A stretch of 64,000 nt of DNA from an uncultured Verrucomicrobiae bacterium (GCA_963707025.1 CAVPOM010000018.1:128001-192000), one strand, 5' to 3'; counted from the first letter of the stretch, positions 47,816-58,420 are shown. Program-made: numbers and translations. The notes: a model not told the origin generated them from the letters alone.

Positions 47816-49288
47816 ATGCGCCCTCCACGGCATGGGATGGGGTTGATTTTTTCGCGCGAGGCCACTCCGGGATGGCGCAGGAAGGGAGGTTCCTCTATTG
47901 ATGTTTGGAAGTTGAGCCTGAAAACCGAACAATTGAAAAGCGCCGGCGCTGCGGCGGAAACATTCCCCGAGGGGGTGCGGCAGGTCCTGTGGTTTGTGCT
48001 CTTCAACGCGCTCTCCTATCAGATCATCCTCAATACGCCGATGATTTTGTATGCCAAAAGCATCGGGGCCAGCGCCACGGTGCTGGGCATTATCTCCGGG
48101 ATGACGCCGTTGCTGGTCATCTTTCAAATCCCCATGGCCAAACACGTCGGCCGGATCGGCTGCAAACGCCTCTTTTTCTCCGGGTGGTGGATGCGCACGA
48201 TCTTTGTGGTGGGGATGGCGCTGGTGCCGTTGGCCGGAGGGTTCCTCCCTCCGGCCGGCCGCCTGGCGCTGCTGTTGGCCAATCTGTTCGCCTTCAATCT
48301 CATTCGCGGGATTTGCACTTGCGGCTGGCTGCCGTGGATTTCGGCGCTGATTCCGGCGGCCCTGCGCGGGCGTTATTTGGTGCGGGACGCGTCCTGCCAG
48401 AATCTGGGCGGGGTGGCGGTTTTTGTGCTGGCGGCATTGGTCTTGAGCGGGCATTCGGAAGCGTGGCGGTTCGCGGTGCTCTTCGGGTTGAGCGCCGTCA
48501 TGGCCTGGGCCAGCCTGAAGTTTTTGCGGGGTGTTCCCGAAGTGGAAGCTCCGGCCGAAGGGCGCCCTTCGGCCCGGCCGGTGCCGTGGGGGGAGATCAT
48601 TGCCTACCGGCCCTTCCAAAAATTAGTATGGATGGCGGCGGGCTGGTCGCTGGCTTACGGCGGGCTGACTGCTTTTGTGGTGGCGTTCTTGAAAACGGAG
48701 TGCGGCATGTCGGAAAGTGAAATCATGCTGGTCACGTCGGTTTCCTTTTTGGGCGGCCTGACCAGCCTGGTGTTCCTGGGCTCGCGCCTGGACCGGTTGG
48801 GGAGCAAACCGGTTTTGACGTTCTCGATGGCGTCGTGGCTGCTCATCGTCGGCGGCTGGATTGTCATCGCGGGGCGGGTGATGGCCCCTTTGATTTGGGC
48901 GGTGCTGCTCCTGCAATTTGTCATGGGCCTGGCTTCGTCGCTGGTCGCCATGTCCACCACCCGGCTGGCCCTGACGGTCGTGCCGCCGATGGGGCGCGAT
49001 CATTTTTTCACCTTCTATTCCGTGGCGGCAAATTTGACGCTGGGATTGGCCCCGGTTTTTTGGGGCGCCGGGATTGACGCGCTGCGCACCGTTCATGGGG
49101 CCTGGCTGGGAATAGAGTGGAACCGCTTCAGTATTTTTTTCACGGCGGTGTGCGCGGTTTTCCTGTGGACGCTGGTGCTGTGCCGCCGCTTGGAGGAGCC
49201 GCAGGCGGTGACGATGGAGGAATTATGGCGGGACATCGTCCAGCAATCGCCCTTGCGGTTCTGGTTCCGGTTCTGGCCGAGGGGGTAA
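47816..49288 (+). CDS. MFS transporter; true start probably about 120 nt downstream
   Basis: About 12 TM helices and GSRLDRLGSKP (motif A-like). Confidence 0.85.
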   Translation: MRPPRHGMGLIFSREATPGWRRKGGSSIDVWKLSLKTEQLKSAGAAAETFPEGVRQVLWFVLFNALSYQIILNTPMILYAKSIGASATVLGIISGMTPLLVIFQIPMAKHVGRIGCKRLFFSGWWMRTIFVVGMALVPLAGGFLPPAGRLALLLANLFAFNLIRGICTCGWLPWISALIPAALRGRYLVRDASCQNLGGVAVFVLAALVLSGHSEAWRFAVLFGLSAVMAWASLKFLRGVPEVEAPAEGRPSARPVPWGEIIAYRPFQKLVWMAAGWSLAYGGLTAFVVAFLKTECGMSESEIMLVTSVSFLGGLTSLVFLGSRLDRLGSKPVLTFSMASWLLIVGGWIVIAGRVMAPLIWAVLLLQFVMGLASSLVAMSTTRLALTVVPPMGRDHFFTFYSVAANLTLGLAPVFWGAGIDALRTVHGAWLGIEWNRFSIFFTAVCAVFLWTLVLCRRLEEPQAVTMEELWRDIVQQSPLRFWFRFWPRG

Positions 49289-49319
49289 GCCCATGGCGGA
49301 GGGTGAATGGCGGGTTGGC

Positions 49320-50703
49320 TCAGGCGCCCAGTTCGGTTTCGAGCAACCGGGTAATCCGCTGGTTCCAGCGTTGCAGCAGCGGGGCTTTTGGCCCTTCCAG
49401 CAGCAGGCGCACTTTTGGCTCGGTGCCGGAGTAGCGCAGCAAAATCCGGCCGCCGTGGGATTGCAGTTCGGCTTCCGCCCGGCGCAGCAGGGAGGGCAGG
49501 CCGTCCACCTGTTCGAGCGGTTTTTTTTCGCGCACCACAATGTTGGTCAACAATTGCGGGAAGCGCGTCCAGCAGGCCGCCAATTGGGAGAGGGATTTGC
49601 CGCTGGCTTTCATGACGCGCAGGATTTGCAGCGCGGCGATCAAGCCGTCGCCCGTGGTGCTGTAATCGGCAAAGATGATGTGGCCGCTTTGTTCTCCACC
49701 CACGTTGTAATGGTGCCGGAGCATGGCGGCCAGGACATGTTGATCGCCCACCTGGGTGCGCAGCAGCTTGCCGCCGGCCCGCTCAATGACCGCCTGGAGG
49801 CCGGCGTTGCTCATGACGGTGGCGACGACGGTTTTGCCGCGCAAAGTTCCCTGGGCCAGGCATTCCAGACCGATGATGGCCAGCACGTCATCGCCGTCAA
49901 TCAACCGGCCCCGCTCATCGCACAAGATGACGCGGTCGGCGTCGCCGTCGTGGGCCAGGCCGAGGTGGGCCTTGTGTTGGAGGACCCGCTGGCAAAGGTG
50001 TTCCGGGTGCATGGAGCCGCAATCCTGGTTGATGTTGGTCCCGTCGGGTTTGTCGCAATAGACAATGACTTGGGCGCCCAGCTCGCGCAGCACGCAGGGG
50101 GTGGATTTGTAGGCGGCGCCGTGGGCGCAATCCACCACCAGGCGCATGCCCTCCAGGGTCAAATGACGCGGGAAGGAACTTTTGGCGTATTCGATGTAAC
50201 GGCCCAGGGCGTCGTCAATGCGCACGGCCTTGCCGATGGCGTCGGCGGTGGGACGAATGGTGTTGATCTCGCCGCTGAAGACCAGTTTCTCGATGCGCTC
50301 CTCGATGACGTCATCCAGCTTGTAGCCGTCGGCGCGGAAGAATTTGATGCCGTTGTCGGCGTAGGGGTTGTGGGAGGCGGTGATGACAATGCCGGCATCG
50401 GCCCGCAAACTGCGGGTGACGTAAGCGACCCCCGGCGTGGGCAACGGGCCGATGAGCAGCACATCCACGCCCATGGAAAGGACGCCGGAGGAAATGGCGT
50501 TCTCCAGCATGTAGCCGGAAAGAACGGGTGTCCTTGCCGATGAGGATTTTGTGTTTGCCCCGGCCGCGGGCCTGCGTTTCCAGGTTCTTGAAAACGTGGG
50601 CGGCGGCCCGGCCCAGCTTGAGGGCGGTTTCAACGGTGACCGGTTCGATGTTGGCGGTGCCGCGGACCCCGTCGGTTCCAAAAATCTTGGTGGGTTGGCT
50701 CAC
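49320..50703 (-). CDS. glmM: Phosphoglucosamine mutase with a +1 frameshift at ~50523, probably a sequence error
   Basis: [14 protein letters not shown] in one frame; LSGYMLE, TASHNP, DGDADR, GGEQSGH and RYSGTEP in another. Confidence 0.92.
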
Positions 50704-50716
50704 GGGGGTTGGCCTT

Positions 50717-51133
50717 TCAAGGGAGGGTGGCTTGGACGCTGACGGTGTGGGGTTTGAATTCCAGGACATAGATATTAGTGGGAACGCCCGGATGCAAATC
50801 CTCCTGGGTGGCGGTCGGGGAATGATAATCGGTCAGGTCCACATACACCTTGATTTCCCTGCCTTCCGGCCCGCGCAGTGTTTTGGCCTCGCCCATCACG
50901 GTGACCAGCACGTTGCTCGGAGTGAGGGTGAAGGCGCGGGCATCCCCCTCCTCTTGCAGGATGGAGATGGGCACCGCCAGGACTTGCCGGATGAAATGCT
51001 GGCTGGCCGACGGCTCGCTCAGGGTGAGGTCATGGTCCATGCTGAAATGGACCGCCATCCAAATGATCGTGCCCGAGGCGATGGAAAAAATCTTGAGCCA
51101 GAAATTATGGAAAATGAGGTGGCGCAGGGACAT
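50717..51133 (-). CDS. CdaR/YbbR-like protein with a single YbbR domain
   Basis: [13 protein letters not shown] segment, P..V.VTV.G and VYVDL motifs; lies between cdaA and glmM. Confidence 0.8.
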   Translation of the reverse strand: MSLRHLIFHNFWLKIFSIASGTIIWMAVHFSMDHDLTLSEPSASQHFIRQVLAVPISILQEEGDARAFTLTPSNVLVTVMGEAKTLRGPEGREIKVYVDLTDYHSPTATQEDLHPGVPTNIYVLEFKPHTVSVQATLP

Positions 51134-51135
51134 GG

Positions 51136-51984
51136 CTATTTGTTCTCCACCTTGGCGGGGGCCAGACCGGCCTTGGCCGGTTCGGAGGCGCGGGGTTGCA
51201 GCCACTTCAAAATCCGATGGGGCTTGCCGGGCTGGAGGAGCACGGAGGACAGGAAAGCTCTCAACTGTTCCCCGGTCACGCCCCGCACCAACTGCCCCTT
51301 GTAGGCGTGGGAAATGGAGCCGGTTTCCTCCGACACCACCACCACAACCGCGTCGGTTTGTTCGGACAGCCCGATGGCGGCGCGGTGGCGGGTGCCCAGG
51401 GAGGCGGCCAAATCCTGCCGCTGGCTCAAGGGGAAGATGCAGGCGGCATAGGCAATGCGGTCGCCCTTGATGATGACGCCGCCGTCGTGAATGGCGTTGT
51501 TGGGAAAAAAGATCGTTTCCAGCATCTCCGGGGTGGCTTCGCAATCCACCAGCAGCCCCGACTCGGTGGCTTCCTGCAATTGGATGGATTGCTCGATGGC
51601 GATGAGCGCGCCGATGCGCACGTCGGCCAGGCGCTCGACGGTCTGGATGATGACTTCGATGTTCTCGCGCTGTTCGCGCGTGGCGTTGAAGAGCGGATGG
51701 GTGCCCAGTTCGGCCAGAATGCGGCGCAGTTCCGGCTGGAAAATAATCAGGACGGCGACGGCGGCAAAGGCGACGAAGGAGCGCAGGAGCCAGTTCAACA
51801 CCTCCAGTTGCAACACCTGGGCCAGCAGGGTCAAACTCAGCAGGAGCAGGACAAAGCCGTAAACGACCGGCGCCCCGCGCGTGCCGCGCACAAAGTTGAG
51901 GCTGAAATAAATGGCCACCGAAAGAATGGCAATTTCCAGCACGGGCCGCCAGCCGTCATTTATGTCGTGGAGAATGCTATGCAT
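51136..51984 (-). CDS. cdaA: Membrane diadenylate cyclase CdaA/DacA
   Basis: Three TM helices, IIFQPELRR, HDGG, GTRHRAA and VVSEETG motifs. Confidence 0.94.
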   Translation of the reverse strand: MHSILHDINDGWRPVLEIAILSVAIYFSLNFVRGTRGAPVVYGFVLLLLSLTLLAQVLQLEVLNWLLRSFVAFAAVAVLIIFQPELRRILAELGTHPLFNATREQRENIEVIIQTVERLADVRIGALIAIEQSIQLQEATESGLLVDCEATPEMLETIFFPNNAIHDGGVIIKGDRIAYAACIFPLSQRQDLAASLGTRHRAAIGLSEQTDAVVVVVSEETGSISHAYKGQLVRGVTGEQLRAFLSSVLLQPGKPHRILKWLQPRASEPAKAGLAPAKVENK

Positions 51985-52822
51985 CAATTTGCCCTTCCAT
52001 CAGGCAACGGGTCAACTCCACCGCCTGCCGGGTCGCGGCCACGTCATGCGTGCGGATGATCCCCACGCCCTGCTGCGCCGCCCAGCAGGCGCAGGCCAGG
52101 GAGGCCGGCAGCCGCTCCGGCGGGGCGGCCCCGGACATCTGGCCCAGGAACGATTTGCGGGAGGCTCCCAGCAAGAGCGGGCGCTGCCATTTTGTAAAAG
52201 CGCCCAGGTGGGCCAGCAATTGCAAATTATCCTCCCGCCGCTTGCCAAAACCAATCCCCACATCCAGCGCCACCTGCTCGGCCGGCAGGCCGCACCCGGC
52301 CAGCCGGGCCAGGCGTCCGCCAAAAAACTCGTTCACCTCCGCCACCACATTCTTGTAAACAGGATTAAGCTGCATGGTCTCCGGCGTGCCTTGCATGTGC
52401 GTCAGCACATAGCCGGCACCGCTTTGGGCGGCGACGCGCCACATCTCCTCGTCGTCGCGGTTGGCGGCGATGTCATTGACCAGGCTGGCGCCGGCGCGCA
52501 ACGCCGCCCGCGCCACCGCCGGTTTGATCGTATCAATGGAGATGGCAATGGCAAGCTTGCCCGCCAATTGTTCGATCACCGGAATGACCCGCCGCAACTC
52601 CTCCCCTTCCGGCACCGGCCTGGCTCCGGGCCGGGTGGATTCTCCGCCAATGTCAATGAAGTCGGCTCCTTCGCCGGCCAGTTGCAGCGCGCGGGCCACG
52701 GCCCGGTCGGTGGAAAAATACTCCCCGCCGTCGGAAAACGAATCCGGGGTCACATTCACCACACCCATGAGCAGGGCGCGGCCGGGAAAGGCATATTCAA
52801 ATTGGCGGGCGCGCAACAGCAT
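51977..52822 (-). CDS. folP: Dihydropteroate synthase
   Basis: NVTPDSFSDGG, DIGGESTRPG, SRKSF and RTHDV motifs. Confidence 0.96.
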   Translation of the reverse strand: MLLRARQFEYAFPGRALLMGVVNVTPDSFSDGGEYFSTDRAVARALQLAGEGADFIDIGGESTRPGARPVPEGEELRRVIPVIEQLAGKLAIAISIDTIKPAVARAALRAGASLVNDIAANRDDEEMWRVAAQSGAGYVLTHMQGTPETMQLNPVYKNVVAEVNEFFGGRLARLAGCGLPAEQVALDVGIGFGKRREDNLQLLAHLGAFTKWQRPLLLGASRKSFLGQMSGAAPPERLPASLACACWAAQQGVGIIRTHDVAATRQAVELTRCLMEGQIDA

Positions 52823-53023
52823 TTATCCGGCGCTGCCAACTCGCGCAGGCCGGCATAAACTATGAACCTCCCCGGCGGGCGCTGTCAACGCCCGCGAGAA
52901 AATTACCGGAAAAAAAGCCGCCGGTCATGCGCCAGGGACGCCGGGGAAAGGTGGGGTCCCGGCCAGCCGGGACTGCCCGCCGTCGGGCCTTGGGAGAGGA
53001 ACCGACGTCGCACCACCTTCGTG

Positions 53024-53057
53024 CGGCGGGTCCCGATAATTCGGGACCCGCCCTGCC
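53024..53057. repeat. REP-like hairpin
   Basis: cggcgggtcccgataattcgggacccgccctgcc, an inverted relative of the 17936 copy. Confidence 0.7.
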
Positions 53058-53091
53058 ACCCGTGACTGGCGCATTACGGCGGCGCGCGGGG

Positions 53092-53721
<630 letters not shown>

Positions 53722-53874
53722 AGTTTTTGCGTGTTAATGTTTAGAGTTCAAATTTCGTTGCCGCATGGGCAATTTCACTGTCAACGACCCTTTAAAAATA
53801 GCAGACCTCCGCCCGAACACAAGCGCGGCGTTTTCGCTCGCGGCCGGAAGCATTTCACTCTGTTGGGCAACCGC

Positions 53875-53964
53875 CTCCTAATCTTAATCTTAATCCTAAT
53901 CTTAATCTCCTTCGGGCAACCGGTTCATGCGGATTAAGATTAGGATTAAGATTAGGATTAGGAG
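53875..53964. repeat. Near-perfect inverted (AATCYT)n hairpin
   Basis: Arm ctcctaatcttaatcttaatcctaatcttaatc pairs with gattaagattaggattaagattaggattaggag. Confidence 0.85.
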
Positions 53965-54060
53965 ACAGAAAGCGCCACCTAAAAAAGTGAAATGCGCCCG
54001 GCCGGCCCGGCCCGGCCACCAGCCGGTCTTGGCCATTACAAAAAAAACCGCATTTTTCCC

Positions 54061-54094
54061 TTGCACTGTTACCCGGTTAGTATTACCGTGGTAA
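54061..54094 (+). promoter_or_regulatory. Putative promoter and BlaI-type operator
   Basis: TTGCAC-17 nt-TACCGT overlapped by the palindrome TTACC-GT-GGTAA (54083-54094) and a degenerate copy at 54069-54080. Confidence 0.55.
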
Positions 54095-54099
54095 CTGTT

Positions 54100-54486
54100 A
54101 TGACCAATCCAAGGATCCATCGCCTCGGCGATCTGCAACTCAAAATCATGAAGGCGCTTTGGGACCGCCCCGAAGCCACCGTCTCCCAAGTCCACCAAAC
54201 CGTTTCGCCCGACGGCGGCCTGGCCCACTCCACCATCGCCACCATGCTGCGCAAGATGGAGGGGCGCGGGCTGGTCAAACACCGCCTGCTGGACCGCAAG
54301 TTCCTCTACCGCGCCCTGGTGCGGGAGGAGGTGGTGGCGCGCAAGATGTCCGAGCATTTCATCGAGGGCCTTTTCGAGGGCAGCCTGGCCGACATGGTGG
54401 CCCACCTGCTCCAAACCCGGGACATCAGCCGCCAGGAGTTGGAACGGCTGGAAAAACTCATCGCGGAGCAAAAAAGGAAATTATGA
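54100..54486 (+). CDS. BlaI/MecI/CopY-family repressor
   Basis: LGDLQLKIMKALW, LAHSTIATML..M..RGLV, LFEGS and ELERL motifs. Confidence 0.92.
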   Translation: MTNPRIHRLGDLQLKIMKALWDRPEATVSQVHQTVSPDGGLAHSTIATMLRKMEGRGLVKHRLLDRKFLYRALVREEVVARKMSEHFIEGLFEGSLADMVAHLLQTRDISRQELERLEKLIAEQKRKL

Positions 54487-57400
54487 TGACGCCGGATTTG
54501 CCTTTTTGGACGCGGCTGCTGGCCCACATCGCGGTGGAGGCGGCTTGCGTGGTGGGGATTGCTTTGCTCCTGGACAGGCTCATTCGCCCGGCGTTTTGGC
54601 GGCGCGCCTTGTGGCAAAGCGCGGCCGTCTGCCTCTTGCTCTTGACCGCCTCCGATCTGAGCGGTTTTGGCCGCGGCCTGGCCTCTTTTGTCTTCGGCCA
54701 CGCGCGCCCGGAACAAAAATTCGCCGTCTGGACCAGCCCCGTGGAAGCCGCGCCAATGCCGCTGCCACCGCCGCCGCGCTCCTTCGCGCCCGCTCCGGCC
54801 GCCGTTACCCTGCCCGTGGTCAAACCTGAAATCGCCCGGCCTGTTTGGTGGCCCGGCCTGCTCTGGCTCGGGGGCGGATTGGCCGTTCTGGGCCGTGTGG
54901 CTGCGGCGCAGATTCTTTTCATTTCGCTTCGCCGCCGCCGGCCCCATCTGGCCCGCGGCGATTTGAACAACCGCGTCGCCGCCATCCTGCAACGGCTGGC
55001 GGTGCGCCGTAAAATCCGCCTGCTCCAGTCTCCGGGCCTGACCGGCCCGATTGCCTTTGGCATACTGCGGCCCAGCGTCGGTCTGCCGGTGGATTTCGCC
55101 GCCAAATTCAGCCGCGCCGAGCAAGACGCCATGCTGGCGCATGAGCTGGCCCATCTGGCGGCGCGCGATCCGCTCTGGTATTTGCTGGCGGACGTGAGCA
55201 GCGCGGCGTTGTGGTGGCATCCGCAGGCCTGGTGGGCGCGCCGACGGCTCCATCGCGCCAGCGAACTGGCCGCCGACGAAGCCGCCGCGATTTTCCCCGA
55301 CGGCCCCGGCGCGCTGGCCCGGTGCCTGGTGAGCTTGGGGAAGCAAATGACCGGGTTTCCCGCCGCGAGCCGGATGGGCGTGGAAGGCGGCGGTTTCCGT
55401 TCCAATCTGGCCGAGCGTGTGCAACGTCTGCTTCGCCTGGCGGACACGGCGCGGCAACCGTCTTATGGCTGGCGCGCCCATGCCGCGAGATTCGGTGTCA
55501 TCATCGCCATTTCCGCCGCCGCCGTTGGGCTGTCCGGCTGTCTGCAAAACCGCGATGCCGTAAAGCAACCGACCTTGCAGGCGAACTTGAGCCAGGCCTG
55601 GGACGCCTCGCCCGCCGCGACCGTCTGGCATTCCGCGCTGCCGGCTGGAAAACCCGAACCTCCCGCGCCAAAAGCGATTACCGCCCTGCCGGTCAAATTT
55701 GAGTTGGGGGTCGTTGCAGCCGGCCAGCCGGGCAGTCCGCCGGTTCCCAACGCTGAGGCCAACGCCAGTCAACTGGGCGCTGGGTATGAGATTACCTTCA
55801 ACTCGCATCCGCGAGTTCGGAACGCCGCCGCTAACACCGATCAGACTGGCACTAGCAATGGCCGCGAGGCCATCGTGCGCAAGCTGCAAAACATCAAATT
55901 GGGCGAAGTGCCGGACGGTTTTGAACAAGGATTACCGCTGAGTGAAGTGCTGAACATCCTGACCAGGCTCGCCATCTCAAAGGACATTGACCACACCGGC
56001 GTCAATTTCCTGTTCAATCCGCGCGTCGGCGGCAACGCGGCAGGGGAACTCGTTGACCCCGGCACCATCACCATAAAAATCACTCCGCCCCTCAGAAACG
56101 TGAACTTGCTGCAAATGTTGGACGCGATCCGCCATACGGCCGACCAGCCTATTGACTTTTCGGTGGCCGATTACGCCGTGTGGTTTTTCGTCAAACCGCC
56201 GGCGAACGCCGCGCTGGAAAGCAGGCTTCAGCCCTTGCTTAATCCCGGTCCCGGCACAAGCCAGGAACGCCAGGCTGTCATGAGCAGACTGCAAGACCTC
56301 ACCATGAAGGAACAGCCGTCCGGTTTTGAACAAGGCCTGCCGTTGAGTGAAGTGCTGAACATCTTGAACAAGCTCTCCATCTCAAAGGACGCTGACCACA
56401 GCGGCGTCAATTTCCTGTTCAATCCGCGCGCCGGCGCCAACGCGGCCGGGGAGCTGGTTGACCCCGGCACCATCACCATAAAAATCACTCCGCCCCTCAA
56501 AAACGTGACCCTGTTGCAACTGTTGGACGCAATTCGCCAAATGGCTGACCAGCCCCTTGACTTTTCGGTGACAGATTACGCCGTGTGGTTTTTCGTCAAA
56601 CCACCGGAGGCCGCGCCGCCGGAAATCAGGACTCAGCCCGTCCCTCTTCCCAGTCCCGCAGCGAAGCAGGGCAATCTCGCGCCGCAGGTAGCGCCCGAAC
56701 CTGCGCTTCCTCCCAATGCGTTGAAGGCGATGCAAACTCCCACCAATGGAGCGGCCACCACGGAGGTCTTCTTGCTCCGATACGCTGATGCCAAGGCCGT
56801 CGCCTCTGCATTGAAGGATGTTTTCAACGCTCCAGACTCCAGACGCGGCGGCGGCGTTGCGGCTGCCGGCGGACGCCCCGGGCGCGCCGCGGCTCGCCTC
56901 AATGCGGTCGCGGATGACAGGAACAACGCCGTCTTGGTCAGCGCCCCTGGAGACTGGATGCCTGGCATCTCCAACATCCTGCTCAAGCTGGATATTCCGC
57001 AAGAAGACACCGTCCAGATCAAACTTTTTAAACTCCGTAGTGCCGATTGCACCGACGTGGCCAACCACCTGCTCGCCCTTTTCCCCGAACCAAAACTCCA
57101 GGCCAACCAGCCGAACCGAAACGGAGGCCGGGGCGCTACTCTCAAGGAGCAAGCCGCCGTCAACGCCGTGCCTGATCCGCGCACCCACTCAGTCCTGGTC
57201 ACCGCTTCAAAAGATACCATGGTCCAAATCACGAGAATCATTGACGAGATGGACAACGAACCGGCCCGGTCTGGGAAGTCATCTTCGCCGGCCGTGAAAG
57301 GTCAAGAGCCGCCTGAGCCAGCTTCGCTGGAAACGCGGATGTTTCATGTCAGCCCCGATATTTTCGTCCGGGGATTGGAAAAAATGTCTCCGCAAATCCC

Positions 57401-58409
57401 TGCCGGACAAAGCAATGCACCCGAAGGAGCCAGAATCGCCGACAGCGGAATCGGCGGCGGCGGGTTGGCTGGCGGAACTGGAGGCATCGGAGGAGGTATT
57501 GGCGCCGGGCTTGGAGGCCCTCCTTTTAGCACCCTCACCAACGCAACGGCTGGTCGCGGCGGAGTTGTAGTTCCGCTTGGAGGCCCTCCTTTTAGCACCC
57601 TCACCAACGCTACAAAGGATAACCTTATGGTGAGCCGCTATTTTACGAGCCTGGGCATTAACCTGACCAATAATGGGGCGTTCGTTTTTTTCAACAACCG
57701 CACTGGCGACATCCTGGTCCGAACCACGGCGCACGATTTGGATGCGGTGGAACGGGTCATCCAACTGCTCAACAAAACCCCGCCCCAAGTCCAGATTGAC
57801 GTCAAGTTCGCCAGCATGCCAGTGGGAGGTTACAAAAGCTTGGGCCAGGACTGGCCGACGACAAACGCCACCCTGCTTACAAACAGCCCCACCATCCTCG
57901 ATTCGTTGAATGACCGGCAGTTCCGCAGCGTCATCAACGCCATTGAACGAAAAAACGGAGCGGATATACTCAGCGCGCCCCGAGTGACAACGGAGAGCGG
58001 GCGAGCGGCGCATATCGCCATCCCAGACATCTTTGCGCCTGGCGACACCAACTATTTCCCGGAGACCGGTCCGACCGTGGACGTTCTTCCCACAGTTTCC
58101 GCGGACGGCTTCTCCATCCAAATGCTAATCATCCCCAGCTCCACGGAATTCGTCGGATATGATAACCCGGTGACGGCGCATTTGCCCGTGCCTCATTACC
58201 GTCTGAGACAGACGGTGATCACGACAAATGTTTTCGATGGCAATACGCTTGTCCTGCGCCCTCTCCCGGCGGAGAACGCCACCAACCAAAACCCGGTGTT
58301 CCTGATCTTCATTACGCCAACGCTCATTGACCCCGCCGGCAACCGCCTCCACACGGCCGAGGAGATGCCCATGGCCCGGCCACAGCCAGTCCCCAACCCT
58401 CCAAAATAG
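54483..58409 (+). CDS. M56/BlaR1-type metallopeptidase fused to repeated periplasmic domains and an abbreviated secretin
   Basis: GILRP.V.LP, AHELAH, WWHP..W, ELAAD; duplicated STN-like unit; three secretin N-like domains; ILSAPRVTT, GPTVDVLPTV and IFITPTLID motifs. ATGA overlap with the BlaI gene. Confidence 0.85.
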   Translation: MMTPDLPFWTRLLAHIAVEAACVVGIALLLDRLIRPAFWRRALWQSAAVCLLLLTASDLSGFGRGLASFVFGHARPEQKFAVWTSPVEAAPMPLPPPPRSFAPAPAAVTLPVVKPEIARPVWWPGLLWLGGGLAVLGRVAAAQILFISLRRRRPHLARGDLNNRVAAILQRLAVRRKIRLLQSPGLTGPIAFGILRPSVGLPVDFAAKFSRAEQDAMLAHELAHLAARDPLWYLLADVSSAALWWHPQAWWARRRLHRASELAADEAAAIFPDGPGALARCLVSLGKQMTGFPAASRMGVEGGGFRSNLAERVQRLLRLADTARQPSYGWRAHAARFGVIIAISAAAVGLSGCLQNRDAVKQPTLQANLSQAWDASPAATVWHSALPAGKPEPPAPKAITALPVKFELGVVAAGQPGSPPVPNAEANASQLGAGYEITFNSHPRVRNAAANTDQTGTSNGREAIVRKLQNIKLGEVPDGFEQGLPLSEVLNILTRLAISKDIDHTGVNFLFNPRVGGNAAGELVDPGTITIKITPPLRNVNLLQMLDAIRHTADQPIDFSVADYAVWFFVKPPANAALESRLQPLLNPGPGTSQERQAVMSRLQDLTMKEQPSGFEQGLPLSEVLNILNKLSISKDADHSGVNFLFNPRAGANAAGELVDPGTITIKITPPLKNVTLLQLLDAIRQMADQPLDFSVTDYAVWFFVKPPEAAPPEIRTQPVPLPSPAAKQGNLAPQVAPEPALPPNALKAMQTPTNGAATTEVFLLRYADAKAVASALKDVFNAPDSRRGGGVAAAGGRPGRAAARLNAVADDRNNAVLVSAPGDWMPGISNILLKLDIPQEDTVQIKLFKLRSADCTDVANHLLALFPEPKLQANQPNRNGGRGATLKEQAAVNAVPDPRTHSVLVTASKDTMVQITRIIDEMDNEPARSGKSSSPAVKGQEPPEPASLETRMFHVSPDIFVRGLEKMSPQIPAGQSNAPEGARIADSGIGGGGLAGGTGGIGGGIGAGLGGPPFSTLTNATAGRGGVVVPLGGPPFSTLTNATKDNLMVSRYFTSLGINLTNNGAFVFFNNRTGDILVRTTAHDLDAVERVIQLLNKTPPQVQIDVKFASMPVGGYKSLGQDWPTTNATLLTNSPTILDSLNDRQFRSVINAIERKNGADILSAPRVTTESGRAAHIAIPDIFAPGDTNYFPETGPTVDVLPTVSADGFSIQMLIIPSSTEFVGYDNPVTAHLPVPHYRLRQTVITTNVFDGNTLVLRPLPAENATNQNPVFLIFITPTLIDPAGNRLHTAEEMPMARPQPVPNPPK
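55917..56602 (+). repeat. Intragenic direct repeat of about 280 bp at a 405-bp offset
   Basis: ggttttgaacaagg...gtgtggtttttcgtcaaacc at 55917-56197 and 56322-56602. Confidence 0.9.
57509..57610 (+). repeat. Perfect 36-bp intragenic direct repeat
   Basis: gcttggaggccctccttttagcaccctcaccaacgc at 57509 and 57575 (LGGPPFSTLTNA twice). Confidence 0.9.
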
Positions 58410-58420
58410 GGCCGTGGCTA

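Noticed and set aside
53875..53964. Telomere-like (TTAGGA) repeats indicating a replicon end or eukaryotic contamination
   Set aside because: The tracts are short, internal and embedded among continuous bacterial genes.
54159..54482. N-terminal extension of the 1416-aa ORF
   Set aside because: It overlaps the BlaI gene in another frame; the real start is ATG 54483/54486.
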